49,832 bases of DNA. It comes from Octopus bimaculoides (taxonomy: Eukaryota). Below, piece after piece: positions 38,821-49,600 of this stretch. Position numbers and translations under genes: made by a program. Numbering within the stretch: position 1 is the first letter of the stretch; each line of letters opens with the position of its first letter. The stretch spans positions 108,795,427-108,845,258 of the forward strand of contig NC_068982.1 in the NCBI RefSeq assembly GCF_001194135.2, in the 5' to 3' direction. The notes under the pieces were generated by a model. It made no database searches and was not told the origin of the DNA. It saw nothing but the letters and a program-made list of their open reading frames with translations.

Positions 38821-39546
38821 CTGAATACTGAGTACAATCAGATATTCCATCTTAGATTCAGAAATTTTTGTAGAAATGAGTACATAATGATACATGAAAA
38901 GGAAGTAGTGCAAAATGGATTTAAAAAAACAGTATTTTAAGTTAGTAAAGGTGTTATATCTGATGATGAAAACTCAGAATTATTAAAACTTCAGTAAGAA
39001 TGAAGTCTTGTGGAATAAGTAAATATAACAAATATTCTCACTAAAGGAATTTGTATATAAAAAAAAAAAAAAAAGCTGAAAATATATTAATTCTTGCCAC
39101 TTTCAGAGCACATTCAGCCATTCATAGAATCATTTACCATGACAAACTACTTCTGAAATTGCTAATTGACAACATATGAAATTGTGTGTCTTACATGGTA
39201 AGGTAATTTTTCAACACATACTTGAAGCTGTTTCAGTTAATAATATAGTAACATTTCAAGTGAAACAAGTGTTTATCTTATCTGACACTCACAGTGGCTT
39301 TCATTACCTTGGTCCACATGCTTTAAACTATTGAAAGCACTTCCTCTCTGTGAATCATCCAGCAACTGATATCTGCATGATATAGGGAGTCATTAGAATT
39401 ATGTGTGTGTGTGTGTGTGTGTGCACATACACACATTACATCACACCAAGTTGTCTTTTGTTACATGGTTATACATGTTTATTCATGCACCAGACTCAAT
39501 AAAATAGAACTAAAATGGTTTGAGTATAAATGATGCCTGGAACTAC

Positions 39547-39818
39547 CTGAGTTTCGGCGTTGTTTCAAGTGATCATCTTTATTAGTTGGAGTACGACGAT
39601 GGTTTCCATTATTCCACTGTGAATTCTTGTCTTTGGATGGTGTGCGGCTTTGGTTATAATTGTCATTACACGATACTACTTTAACAGGAGAAGCTGTTCC
39701 ACCACAAATAGCTTCCATCTGCTCCTTTGTAAATTTGGATGGGGTTGACTGGATAGAGAGAATATCTCGGGCATCTTCTGCTGACTTCAAGATGGATAGT
39801 TCTCTGATGTCTCCAGCA
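39547..39818 (-). CDS. EDC3: EDC3 coding exon 2 (end of LSm, AGDIRELSIL, plus low-complexity linker to KQRRNS)
   Basis: Within ORF 39479..39862. Acceptor ttattttcag; AGDIREL resembles human AGDITEL. Donor CAG|GTAGTT gives 272 nt and phase 1, compatible with exon 3. The 3' boundary is the least certain one in the gene. Confidence 0.85.
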
Positions 39819-39938
39819 CTGAAAATAATAAAGATAGAAATACTTCTTTCATTGTGAAGCAATATTGTGCAGGATATATAGAATAACGTGTATCATTGCA
39901 ATTCAGTGCTGATAGTATTAGTTTAGCTTAGAGTAATA

Positions 39939-40610
39939 TTGGTTTCAAATTTTGGCACAAGGCCAGCAATTTTGGAGGAGGGGGCAAGTCAATTACATCA
40001 ACCCCAGTGCTCAACTGGTACCTATTTTATCAACCTTGAAAGGATGAAAGGCAAAGTCAACTTCAGTGGAATTTGAACTCAATGTAAAGACAGACAAAAT
40101 GCTGCTAAGCATTTTGCCTGGCATCTTTCTTTTACTTGTTTCAGTCATTTGACTGCGGCCATGCTGGAGCACCACCTTTAGTCGAGCAAATCGACCCCAG
40201 GACTTATTCTTTGTGAGCCTAGTACTTATTTTATCGGTCTCTTTTTGCCGAACTGCTAAGTTACGGGAACGTAAACACACCAGCATCAGTTGTTAAGCGA
40301 TGGTGGGGGGACAAATACAGACACACAAAAACACATACATAAATATATATACATACATACGATGGGCTTCTTTCAGTTTCCATCTACCAAAGCCACTCAC
40401 AAGGCTTTGGTTGGCCCGAGGCTATAGTGGAAGACACTTGCCCAAGGTGCCACGCAGTGGGATTGNNNNNNNNNNAGGCTATAGTGGAAGACACTTGCCC
40501 AAGGTGCCACGCAGTGGGATTGAAGCCGGAACCATGTGGTTTGTAAGCAAGCTACTTACCACACAGCCACTCCTACGCCTATAATGCTAACGATTCTACC
40601 AGATTGCCAC
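39939..40610 (-). mobile_element. SINE family B split by a family A SINE
   Basis: 39939-40122 (...gctaagcattttgcctggca) resumes at ~40585-40610 (tgctaacgattctaccag). Confidence 0.7.
40128..40574 (-). mobile_element. SINE family A, nested in a family B SINE
   Basis: Reverse complement of the 12817 element. Contains a 10-N gap with a duplicated flank. Confidence 0.85.
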
Positions 40611-40926
40611 CTTAAACCTACAGAAATATCAGAAGAAAATATTCTTAAGTTACTATTCCAGAAAGCAGAATGTTTCCTCCTATTATACCAGAATATGAGA
40701 GGTGCAAAGCTTTGGGCCAAGTGTTTATTCTCTGGTCAGATAAACTGAGGCAAACATTAACGCACTCACCATGATACATTACACCAGTAATCCAGTTCAC
40801 TATATATCAGCTGTGCTGATTCTGCCCATAAGAAAGGAACAAATAATACTATGCGGATGTAGGTCATAACACTCGGGCAATGCCGGGATGCATTGCTAGT
40901 ATATACACACACACACACACACACAA

Positions 40927-41073
40927 GCTTCTTTCAGTTTTTGTCTACCAAATCCACTCTCAAAGCTTTGATTGGCCCAGGGCTTTAGTAGAAGACATTT
41001 ACCCAAAGTGGCATGAAGTGGGACTAAACCTGAAACCATGTGGTAGGGAAGTGAACTTCTTAACTACACAGCC
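40927..41073 (-). mobile_element. SINE family A 5' half
   Basis: gcttctttcagtttttgtctaccaaatccactc...ctacacagcc is homologous to the 12817 head. Confidence 0.7.
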
Positions 41074-41117
41074 AGAGGAGATTAATCAATAGAATTACCC
41101 CAACACTTTACTGGTAC

Positions 41118-41313
41118 TCTTTTACTTGTTTCAGTCTTTTGACTGCGGCCATGCTGGAGCACCGCCTTTAGTCGAGCAAATCGACCCCAGAACTTATTCT
41201 TTGGAAGCCTAGTACTTATTCTATCGGTCTCTTTTGCCGAACTGCTAAGTTACAGGGACATAAACACACCAGCACCGGTTGTCAAGCGATGTTNNNNNNN
41301 NNNACAAACACAT

Positions 41314-41344
<31 letters not shown>

Positions 41345-41510
41345 CATATATACAACAGGCTTCTTTCAGTTTCCGTCTACCAAATCCACTCACAAGGCTT
41401 TGGGCGGCCCAAGGCTATAGTAGAAGACACTTGCCCAAGATGCCACGCAGTGGGACTGAACCCGGGACCATGTGGTTGGTAAGCAAGCTATTTACCACAC
41501 AGCCACTCTT
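41118..41510 (-). mobile_element. SINE family A, near full length
   Basis: Reverse complement of the 12817 element. Contains a 10-N gap. Confidence 0.85.
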
Positions 41511-41743
41511 AAGTATTTTATTTCATTGACTCCAAAAGGAGGAAAGGCAAGTTGAATTTAGTAGAATTTCAACACAGAACAAAAAAAATGTATATGCTGA
41601 ACAAACACCACAAGTCATTTTTCCAACTTTATGATTCTGTCAACACCATGCCCTACATTGCACATAACAATGATTCTAGAGGGAGAGAAATTAATCTAAA
41701 GATAAAATTAATTTTATAAAAAATGCAAAATAAATTTACTTAC

Positions 41744-41904
41744 GAAATTGTTATTTCTGGATGTTCGCAAGCAATGCCATTTCTATAACAATTATCAATA
41801 GTAATAGTCTGACTACTATTGTTGACAGACTTCACCTGGCCTTGAAAGTTACCAAGCATATCACCACAGTCCAAAGAGACAATACACCCGACATAGCCAG
41901 ACAT
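41744..41904 (-). CDS. EDC3: EDC3 coding exon 1 (LSm domain), MSGYVGCIVSLDCGDMLGNFQGQVKSVNNSSQTITIDNCYRNGIACEHPEITI-
   Basis: Found by manual translation; absent from the ORF track. Resembles the human EDC3 N-terminus (WLGSIVSINCGDSLGVYQG...PEVTF). ATG at 41904-41902, donor GTAAGT at 41743, 161 nt ending in phase 2, which matches the next exon. Confidence 0.93.
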
Positions 41905-41905
41905 T

Positions 41906-41935
41906 CTAGCAAATAGAGAAGAAAAAGATAAGCAA
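41906..41935 (-). other. EDC3: Splice acceptor immediately upstream of the EDC3 start codon (implies a non-coding 5' exon further upstream)
   Basis: Minus strand reads tatctttttcttctctatttgctag|A ATG: polypyrimidine tract, then AG, then one base before ATG. Confidence 0.7.
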
Positions 41936-42589
41936 TTTTACAAAAATTCTTTTAATTAAAATTACTGGTTTTGTTTAATAACAAAATACACATATCAGAC
42001 ACAATAGAAAAAAATGAAATGGCGTTTCATTTGAAACAGAAAGGTGGAACAAAATATTTTAATTTAAATTTAGTGACGTCCTAGTGGGTTTTTAAAAAAA
42101 AAAAACTAATACTTTTAATGTTATTTTCAAATTTAGGAAGATAAAGCAACAAAATGAAGGTAATAACATAAACATGAGGTAAGTGGGGTAGAATTTAGAT
42201 TCTCTTCCAGTCATTTGTCAAAACCAATGACATAAGCAATATAATAAATAGTTAGCAACAAAGCAGAAAGACCATTGTTGTCAGATCAAAAATGAAAAGG
42301 GATTGAAATGCTTTTTCAATAATATGAAAGAGTTACATAGCAAATGGGCTTTTTACATTAACAACTTTCTTATGTCTGAAAATATTTTCACCAAATATAC
42401 AGTTAGTGAATGGAGAATGTACAATGTATACACTTCTCTTAGTTTAGATTATGTATTTTTATTATATCTTTTTTAGTGGATATGGATTAGATTTGAACAT
42501 CAAATAACTAAATTATGAAAAGAGAATATAAAAGGCTTATTTTTAAACATTGTTCTAGGGAAGATGTTCAGTGCTTATAGATACCAAGG

Positions 42590-43790
42590 GTGAAGTTTAG
42601 CTTGAACATCTGAAGGTTGATGGGTGGATGAATACATGGGCAAGGAGGTGGGGGGTCACAGTTTGGGAGTTGATTTAGTACAGTGTAAGGTTTGAGAAAC
42701 AAAGACAATAGGGATAACGAGAGAAGAAGCCTGAACATTAAGTCTCTCTCTGAGCAGGATGCTTGACAGCAAGCTAAATCAAAAGAGCAGAGGTCATTGT
42801 GTAGTGGTGGAAAAGAAAGCATTAGTATGTTGATGGATGGAATTATGCCTATCAGTCAGAAAAGCTCTTTTTATTTGTTTAGATGTGTATGTAATATAAA
42901 AAGCACATCAGATAAGTGAGCTGTATCACATTGCAAGTAGTCTTGCTAAAGAGTTCAGATAGGATTGAAGGGCGATCTTACGTGATTGAAGTATTGTTTA
43001 GACATTGAGAAGAAACACAATCCATGAGATGCAATCTTGTCTATATAACAGATGTGTCATTTCAACGAAAGAATATTATTTCATAAAGTCTAGCACTTGT
43101 AGATAGTGTTTTTAACTCTATGTTGATTATGAATAGAGAAAGTGGAAGCATAGTCTTGTTTATTCCTAGACAACTCACATCAGTAGACCGGGTTTTTTTC
43201 TGATGGTCTAGGCTGAAGGAAGGGGCTGCGCTCACAGAATTGTGACACCAGCAAAACTAGTATGGTTAATACTTCTCTTAAAACAGTTGCAAGTCGATGA
43301 CTGCAGGGAAAACATGCAAGAAAGAAATGCCAGAAGATTGACATTTTGGGACATTAATGGGTTAATGTGGGGCTTGGTAGGAATGAAGTATAGATAATAA
43401 GAGGAGTTTGAGTTGCATGGATTGTACAAGAACTGCCAGCTCATGGTGTCCTTCATATCAGCCAACTGGGTGATCTTTCTTTATATGGTGGTGGTGGGGA
43501 TGCAGTCTAGGATGTCTGTATGTTGTAAGTTATTGATGTACTGGAAGTCATTAAAGAGGAAGAGAGAGTCAACTGTCAGAGAAGGTTGTTAATGACTATT
43601 ATCTGTCAGATGATAGCACCTCAGAGTTATGGTGCCTGTGTTAAAATGCCTGAAAGTCATAGAAAGGCAAGACAACTTGTCTCCAATCCCATTCACGAGT
43701 GATGAATACTGATATTTCTTCATTTTGTGGTTTACCAACATCACGTACCTGAATTGAACCAGGGACAAATCAAATTGTCATTCCATGACT
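42590..43790 (-). mobile_element. Highly degenerate Penelope-like retroelement relic
   Basis: Minus-strand fragments resemble PLE ORFs: YFIPTKPHIN, TTCNVIQLTYLMCFLYYI (GIY-YIG-like) and ERDLMFRL. Many stops; recognised by eye only. Confidence 0.35.
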
Positions 43791-43799
43791 ATATATATA

Positions 43800-44285
43800 T
43801 TGGGTCATCCCATAAATAATGCAGCTTTTTCAATTGCATGGACAAAAAGTTGGAGGGGGACGGGATAAACTACCTGCATCAACTTGCTATAAAAGCAGGT
43901 AGTAATTTTACCTTGTGCTTATTCTTAGTGCAAGTTTGGAAGAGTGCAATTCGATTTTAACAGTTATTTTTTCAAAGCTATAATGGAAGTGACAAAGGAG
44001 TATATTTGGCATATTTTGCTTAATGGGTTCAATAAAGGCAACAATGCAATGGAAAGTGCAAGGAATATTAATGCAGTATATGGGGATCAGACAATAAGCG
44101 TAAGCCAGTGTCAATGGTGGTTCCAGAAATTCCGAGCTGGAACTATAGCCTAGAAGATGAACCTCATCCTGGAAGATCTGAAGAGCTCAGAGAGGATGTC
44201 CTGCAAACCCCTGGTGGAACAAAATCCCATCGTAACTGTTGAGGAACTAACAGAGAAGCTTGGATTTGGTCGTTCAATCATTCAT
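43800..44285 (+). mobile_element. Mariner 5' fragment (left TIR plus frameshifted transposase HTH)
   Basis: TA|TTGGGTCATCCCATAAATAATGC TIR-like start. From ATG 43983: MEVTKEYIWHILLNGFNKGNNAMESARNINAVYGDQTISVSQCQWWFQKFRAG, then frameshifted LEDEPHPGRS...VEQNPIVTVEEL. No DD34D region or right TIR seen. Confidence 0.85.
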
Positions 44286-44309
44286 ATGTATGTATGTATG
44301 TAAGCATGT

Positions 44310-44510
44310 CTTTTCTACTATAGGCACAAAGCCTGAAATCTGGGTGGGGAGGAGCTGGTTGATTACAAAGAGCCCAGTGGTACTTATTTTTCATCAACAC
44401 CGAAAAGATAAGAGAAAGTTGACCTCAGCAGAATTTGAACTCAGAATGTAAAACTGAAAATGGTGAGAAGCATTTTGTCTGGTGTACTAATGATTCTGCC
44501 AGCTTGTCAC
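44310..44510 (-). mobile_element. SINE family B, diverged
   Basis: cagtggtacttatttttcatc...gaaagttgacctcagcagaatttgaactcagaatg...gattctgccagct. Confidence 0.65.
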
Positions 44511-44535
44511 CTTTATTTATATATCTCATATACAC

Positions 44536-44660
44536 ACATATACAACAAGGGTTTGACCAGCCTGGGGCTATAGTAGGATGCACTTGCCCAAAGTGCCATA
44601 CAGTGGGACTGAAATCAGAATCATGTGGTTGGAAAGTACTTCTTATCACACAGTCATGCC
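44536..44660 (-). mobile_element. SINE family A head fragment, diverged
   Basis: ggctatagtaggatgcacttgcccaaagtgccatacagtgggactgaa is homologous to family A. Confidence 0.6.
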
Positions 44661-45291
44661 TAATTGTTAATATATTTAATTCATTACAGCATTCTCTATG
44701 TTTTTTGAAGAATGGAGGACTTAGTAAATTTATAACTACTGTAGTAGGATTCCAGACTTTTGAAACTTGTAAGACAGGATTTGCAGCTTAAAAATCAGTC
44801 CCTCAAATATGCTGCATTCAATTTACAGTAACCTCGTTTTGCCATTCAGGCAAACCGAAATTATATGCTACTGCTATATGTACATTCGAAACAAACTAAT
44901 TTACATAGCTTCTTTTCCAAAACCCATGTAAATATGTTTCAGATAAATCTAATATGCCATAAAAGCATTGATACTGAAATGTTCCCTTCAATATTTGAAA
45001 ACCAAAAAATTTCCAGTTAAGTTACTGATCATTTTGCTTAAAAGCCAAGAATTCCATTGAACTATATTTAAAATGACATGTTAAAAAACATTTTATATTA
45101 CTACTTCCTATTTCATGAGTTAACTGAAGTAATGTAGAAAAAATAATATTCATAAAAATAACAATAACAGTGTCATTTGCTAATTGCAGCATTTTTTTGA
45201 CACATTAACATGGAGGAATGGTGCATTTATGCATGTATTCATTGGGTCAATTGGACAGCTGACTGGTTTAACAGTAATTTAATTATTCATG

Positions 45292-45658
45292 GTGGACGTG
45301 CAATGGCCCAGTGGTTAGGGCAGCGGACTCGCAGTTCCGTTTCCCAGACCGGGCGTTGTGAGTGTTTATTGAGCAAAAACACCTAAAGCTCCACAAGGCT
45401 CCAGCAAGGGATGGTGGCGAACCCTGCTGTACTCTTTCACCGCAACTTTCTCTCACTCTTTCTTCCTGTTTCTGTTGTACCTGTATTTCAAAGGGCCAGC
45501 CTTGTCACATTCTGTCACACTGAGTCTCCCCGTGAACTACATTAAGGGTACATGTGTCTGTGGAGTGTTCAGCCACTTGCACGCTAATTTCACAAGCAGG
45601 CTGTTTCGTTGATTGTATCAACTGGAACCTTCATTGTTGTAACCGATGGAGTGCCATG
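45292..45658 (+). mobile_element. SINE family C, apparently full length with 11-bp TSD
   Basis: A-box-like TGGCCCAGTGG head. Direct repeat aattattcatg at 45281-45291 and 45659-45669. Confidence 0.75.
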
Positions 45659-47179
45659 AATTATTCATGTCTCTGTCAGATACCAAACAACTGCTGATGA
45701 TTTGGATACCCTATAAAGTTGAAGTGGGATAAGTATTCTGAAAGTATAATAGCCAAGATAAGAACAGAGTGAAAAATGTTTAGGAAGTTATAACCTTTGC
45801 TGGTAATATAATGCTCCTCCCTTAGAGGAAAAGATTGATTGTATCATGCTTATATATGAAGGCTAGCAGAAATTAAGCAGGCGTGCTCTGCTGGATATGT
45901 ATTTTTAGTATGCTTGACCAACAGAATACAAAAGAGTTGAGAGAAAAATGTAGGTATAAAGGGTATCAGAGAGTATGCAAGAGAGAAGACTATGTTAGTA
46001 TAAGCATATAATGAAGTGCTGAGTGTTCAAATTAAATGGAACCTGTAAAAGAAGGGATCTCAATGTGCTGATAGGCAATACACAATGACCCAACCACTCT
46101 TGCAAGTATGATGAATCATTAAATTAACCACGACTCAATGCCATCTCTACAACTATCTATATCTCTGCTCTTGTTTCCCTCCCATGAAATTGGTTGAATA
46201 ACATCAGCTTATTCTCTCAATTGACATTGATCATTCTTTCAACCAACAAGCATTACCCACCTGTACTGCTTTCACTGATATCCATCACACACACACACAC
46301 ACATTTGCTTCTCATCACCAACAGTTACTTGCTCTCTCTCTCATCATAATGCCTGAATAGGGAATCCATTGTCATCTGATACAATCCCTTGTCTGCTCTC
46401 TTTCTCAGCAACAAATATGTAGCTAGTATTAGTGTTTCTCTCCTGTCACAAGGCCTGATTAGCATGCGGTTGTTTCTGGTCCCTTGCTCAGCTTCTGTTA
46501 GCTCATACCAATTGCTCTCCCAACTGTTCATCACTCATTCCCTCCCTTATAAGTTAACATTACCCTTCTATACTGCTGACCAACCCCCTCACCATAGGTC
46601 ACTCACTGACATCAATCACAATCTTACTGCCACCCATTTTTGACTATCCATCCCTCATCTTCTCCTATTACCCCTTGCCATAACTCTCTCTCTTTTTCAT
46701 TACACCATGCCATTGTTGTCTTTCATTACTCCTAGCACAGTCTCTCTCCAGTATCCCTCCTCAAGCTCTCATTTATTTCTCCCCTCTCACCTTTCATCTG
46801 CAAGCACACACTCTTTTATGCATGTTACTTACAATAATGGTGCTACTGCATACTCTGTAAAGCTGATGGCAAATAAATGGAGACAACAGAATTGAGAGGA
46901 CTCTTAGTAATGTCTTGAGGAAATGACAACGTCATTAGTGCTGGTGCCACAACAAAATGCACCTAGTACATTCTGCAAAGTGGTTGGTGTTAGGAAGAGT
47001 ATCCGACCAGAAACCATGCCAAAATTTAAATGTATAAATAAACACACACACATCAGTGTCTCATCTGGAGAGGAATATATATATATATGCTAGAGAAACC
47101 AGCCCTATGCTCCTTACAGAGAAATGTAAACTAACCATAGGTGAGCTGTAAACTATCAAACAAAGCCAATCAATGTGCA

Positions 47180-47420
47180 TCATCATTTAACATTCACTTT
47201 TCCATGCTTGTGTGGGCCACACTGAATTTGTTGTAACAGATTTTTCTACAGCTGGATGTCCTTCCTGTTGACAACACTCATCTTTTTCCAAGCAAGATTA
47301 TATTTCCCATAGCCAGACACGTTTGCCATGGAAACGGGAAATAAACAACACTGCTTGTATGACAGTAGTGCTTGTTTATAACCATTTCATGATGTCGAGA
47401 CAAGGGTACACACAAACACA
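47180..47420 (-). mobile_element. RTE-family-related 3' end fragment
   Basis: catcatcatttaacattcacttttccatgcttg...tttctacagctggatgtccttcctgttgacaac. Confidence 0.55.
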
Positions 47421-47704
47421 CATATACAACTAAGAATAACAAATCACAGGCTTACACAGAATTTATGTGAATTATGTTGCTTCGTTACAAGAGGAATGAA
47501 ACTCTACTACAGCAGAATTGATTCATCTTTCTGAAATCATGAATTTTTTTTCTTTCTCTTTTCATAACATACTACATTCAACTAATTATTCCAGAGTTGA
47601 TTCTTAACACACAGCATTAGTAGTAACCTCCTTAAAAAAAACTCATGGGTACCTTTCATCTAATATAATAAATGCAAAAACTAATTTCTTATTTCTTTAT
47701 TGCC

Positions 47705-48068
47705 CACAATGGGCTAAACACAGAGGGGACAAACAAGGACAGACAAAGGGATTAAGTTGATTACATTGACCCCAGTGTGCAACTGCTACTTAATTTATCG
47801 ATCCCAAAAGGATGAAAGGCAAAGTCGACCTCGGCGGAATTTGAACTTAGAACATAACGGCAGACGAAATACCGCTAAGCATTGGTTGAATAACATCAGC
47901 TTATTCTCTCAATTGACATTGATCATTCTTTCAACCAACAAGCATTACCCACCTGTACTGCTTTCACTGATATCCATCACACACACACACACACACATTT
48001 GCTTCTCATCACCAACAGTTACTTGCTCTCTCTCTTATCACCCTGCGGGCTAACGTTTCTGCCAGCTC
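47705..48068 (-). mobile_element. SINE family B interrupted by a ~155-bp insertion
   Basis: gtcgacctcggcggaatttgaac...ccgctaagcatt | insert | tcaccctgcgggctaacgtttctgccagctc. Confidence 0.8.
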
Positions 48069-48551
48069 NNNNNNNNNNNNNNNNNNNNNNNNNNNNNNNN
48101 NNNNNNNNNNNNNNNNNNNNNNNNNNNNNNNNNNNNNNNNNNNNNNNNNNNNNNNNNNNNNNNNNNNNNNNNNNNNNNNNNNNNNNNNNNNNNNNNNNNN
48201 NNNNNNNNNNNNNNNNNNNNNNNNNNNNNNNNNNNNGAGTAATAGTAGGCATAGAGACAGTGAGGGCGGTGAAGAGAGAGAGAGAGAGAGAGAGAAAGAA
48301 AGAAAAAGAGAGGGAGAGAAAGAAATTTAGGGAGAGTTGATGTTTTATTAAAAGTAGTAGTTTTGATGGTGGCAATGGGAGTAATAATAAGAGAGAGAGA
48401 GAGAGAGAGAGTGGATATGTGAGAGAAAGAGGGAGATGATGTACAATTTTCCTGGACAGACATTCCTGTGGCAAGCATACTGAACCAACTACTGAACTCT
48501 AACATTTTTGTTTTATTTTTTGATGTTTTTAATACATACATACAAATTAAA

Positions 48552-49436
48552 CATGTGTACAAACAGCTATGCTACATGGAGTGAAACATGGACCGTAACT
48601 GCTGAGGACATGCGTAAGCTTGCAAGGAATAAATCCAGTATGCTCTGCTAGATGTGTAATGTCAGTGTGCATACACGACAGAGTGTAAGCGCCCCGAGAG
48701 AAAAGTTGGACTTAAGACCTGGGATGAGGTGGTGAAGCACAACCTTCGAGCATTGGGCCTCAACGAGGCAATGACTAGTGACTGAGACCTTTGGAGATAT
48801 GCTGTGCTTGAGAAGACCCAACAAGCCAAGTGAGACCATAACTTGTGGCCTATGCTAGTGGTGTATAACCAGCCCACTTATGAGTACCCTTCATTCATTG
48901 GACAATAAACTTTGCTTGTGAAGACCTGTTGAGGCAAGTGAAATCAAAATCGCTGACGTGGCCGATGACAGTACCGCCTGATTGGCACTCGTGCTAGTGG
49001 AACGTTAAAAGCACCATCTGAGCATGATCGTTGCCAGGGCTGCTGATTGGCTCCCGTGCCAGTGACACGTTAAAAGCACCATTCGAGCGTGATCGTTGCC
49101 AGCGTTGCCTTACTGGCACATGAAAAACAACATTCGAGCATGGTCGTTGCCATTGCCACCGGACTGGCTCCCGTGCATGTGGCACATAAAAAACACCTTT
49201 TGAGCGTGGTCGTTGCCAGTACTGCCTGTTTGGCTCTCATGCTGGTGGCACATAAAAGCACTTATTACACTCTCGGAGTGGTTGGCATTATGAAGGGCAT
49301 CCAGCTGTAGAAACTTTGCCAGATCAGATTGGAGCCTACTGCAGCCTTCTAGCTCGCCAGTCCTCAGTCAAACCGTCCAACCCATGCCAGCATGGAAAGC
49401 GAACGTTAAATGACGGCAACGATGATGATGATGATG
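48552..49436 (+). mobile_element. Second RTE-clade LINE 3' fragment with internal deletion and longer 3' UTR tandem array
   Basis: Homologous to 36130-36863 (tgtaatgtcagtgtgcatacacgacag; actctcggagtggttgg; cccatgccagcatggaaa; gatgatgatg). Confidence 0.8.
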
Positions 49437-49600
49437 TGAATGTCAGTGTGTCACACTTTTTCAGCTTTACTCCTAGAGGCTGTAGCCCAACATATCATAC
49501 CATTTTTGAATCATGCTGACTCTGTGAGTAAATTAAAAACATTCTGGCCTGAATCCTGAAATTTTGGATTCCTATGTATTTTTTTTTTTTGCAATTGTTT

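Noticed and set aside
39479-39546. ORF-track extension of exon 2 to a stop (HHLYSNHFSSILLSLVHE*)
   Set aside because: Most simply intron read-through. The FDF and YjeF_N exons downstream require splicing.
40419-40522. Duplicated aggctatagtggaagac...gggattg around a 10-N gap
   Set aside because: Gap-flank duplication inside a SINE; an assembly artefact.
46863-46884. CTGATGGCAAATAAATGGAGAC at the end of a PLE-like tract
   Set aside because: Both cores are altered; too degenerate to call a ribozyme.
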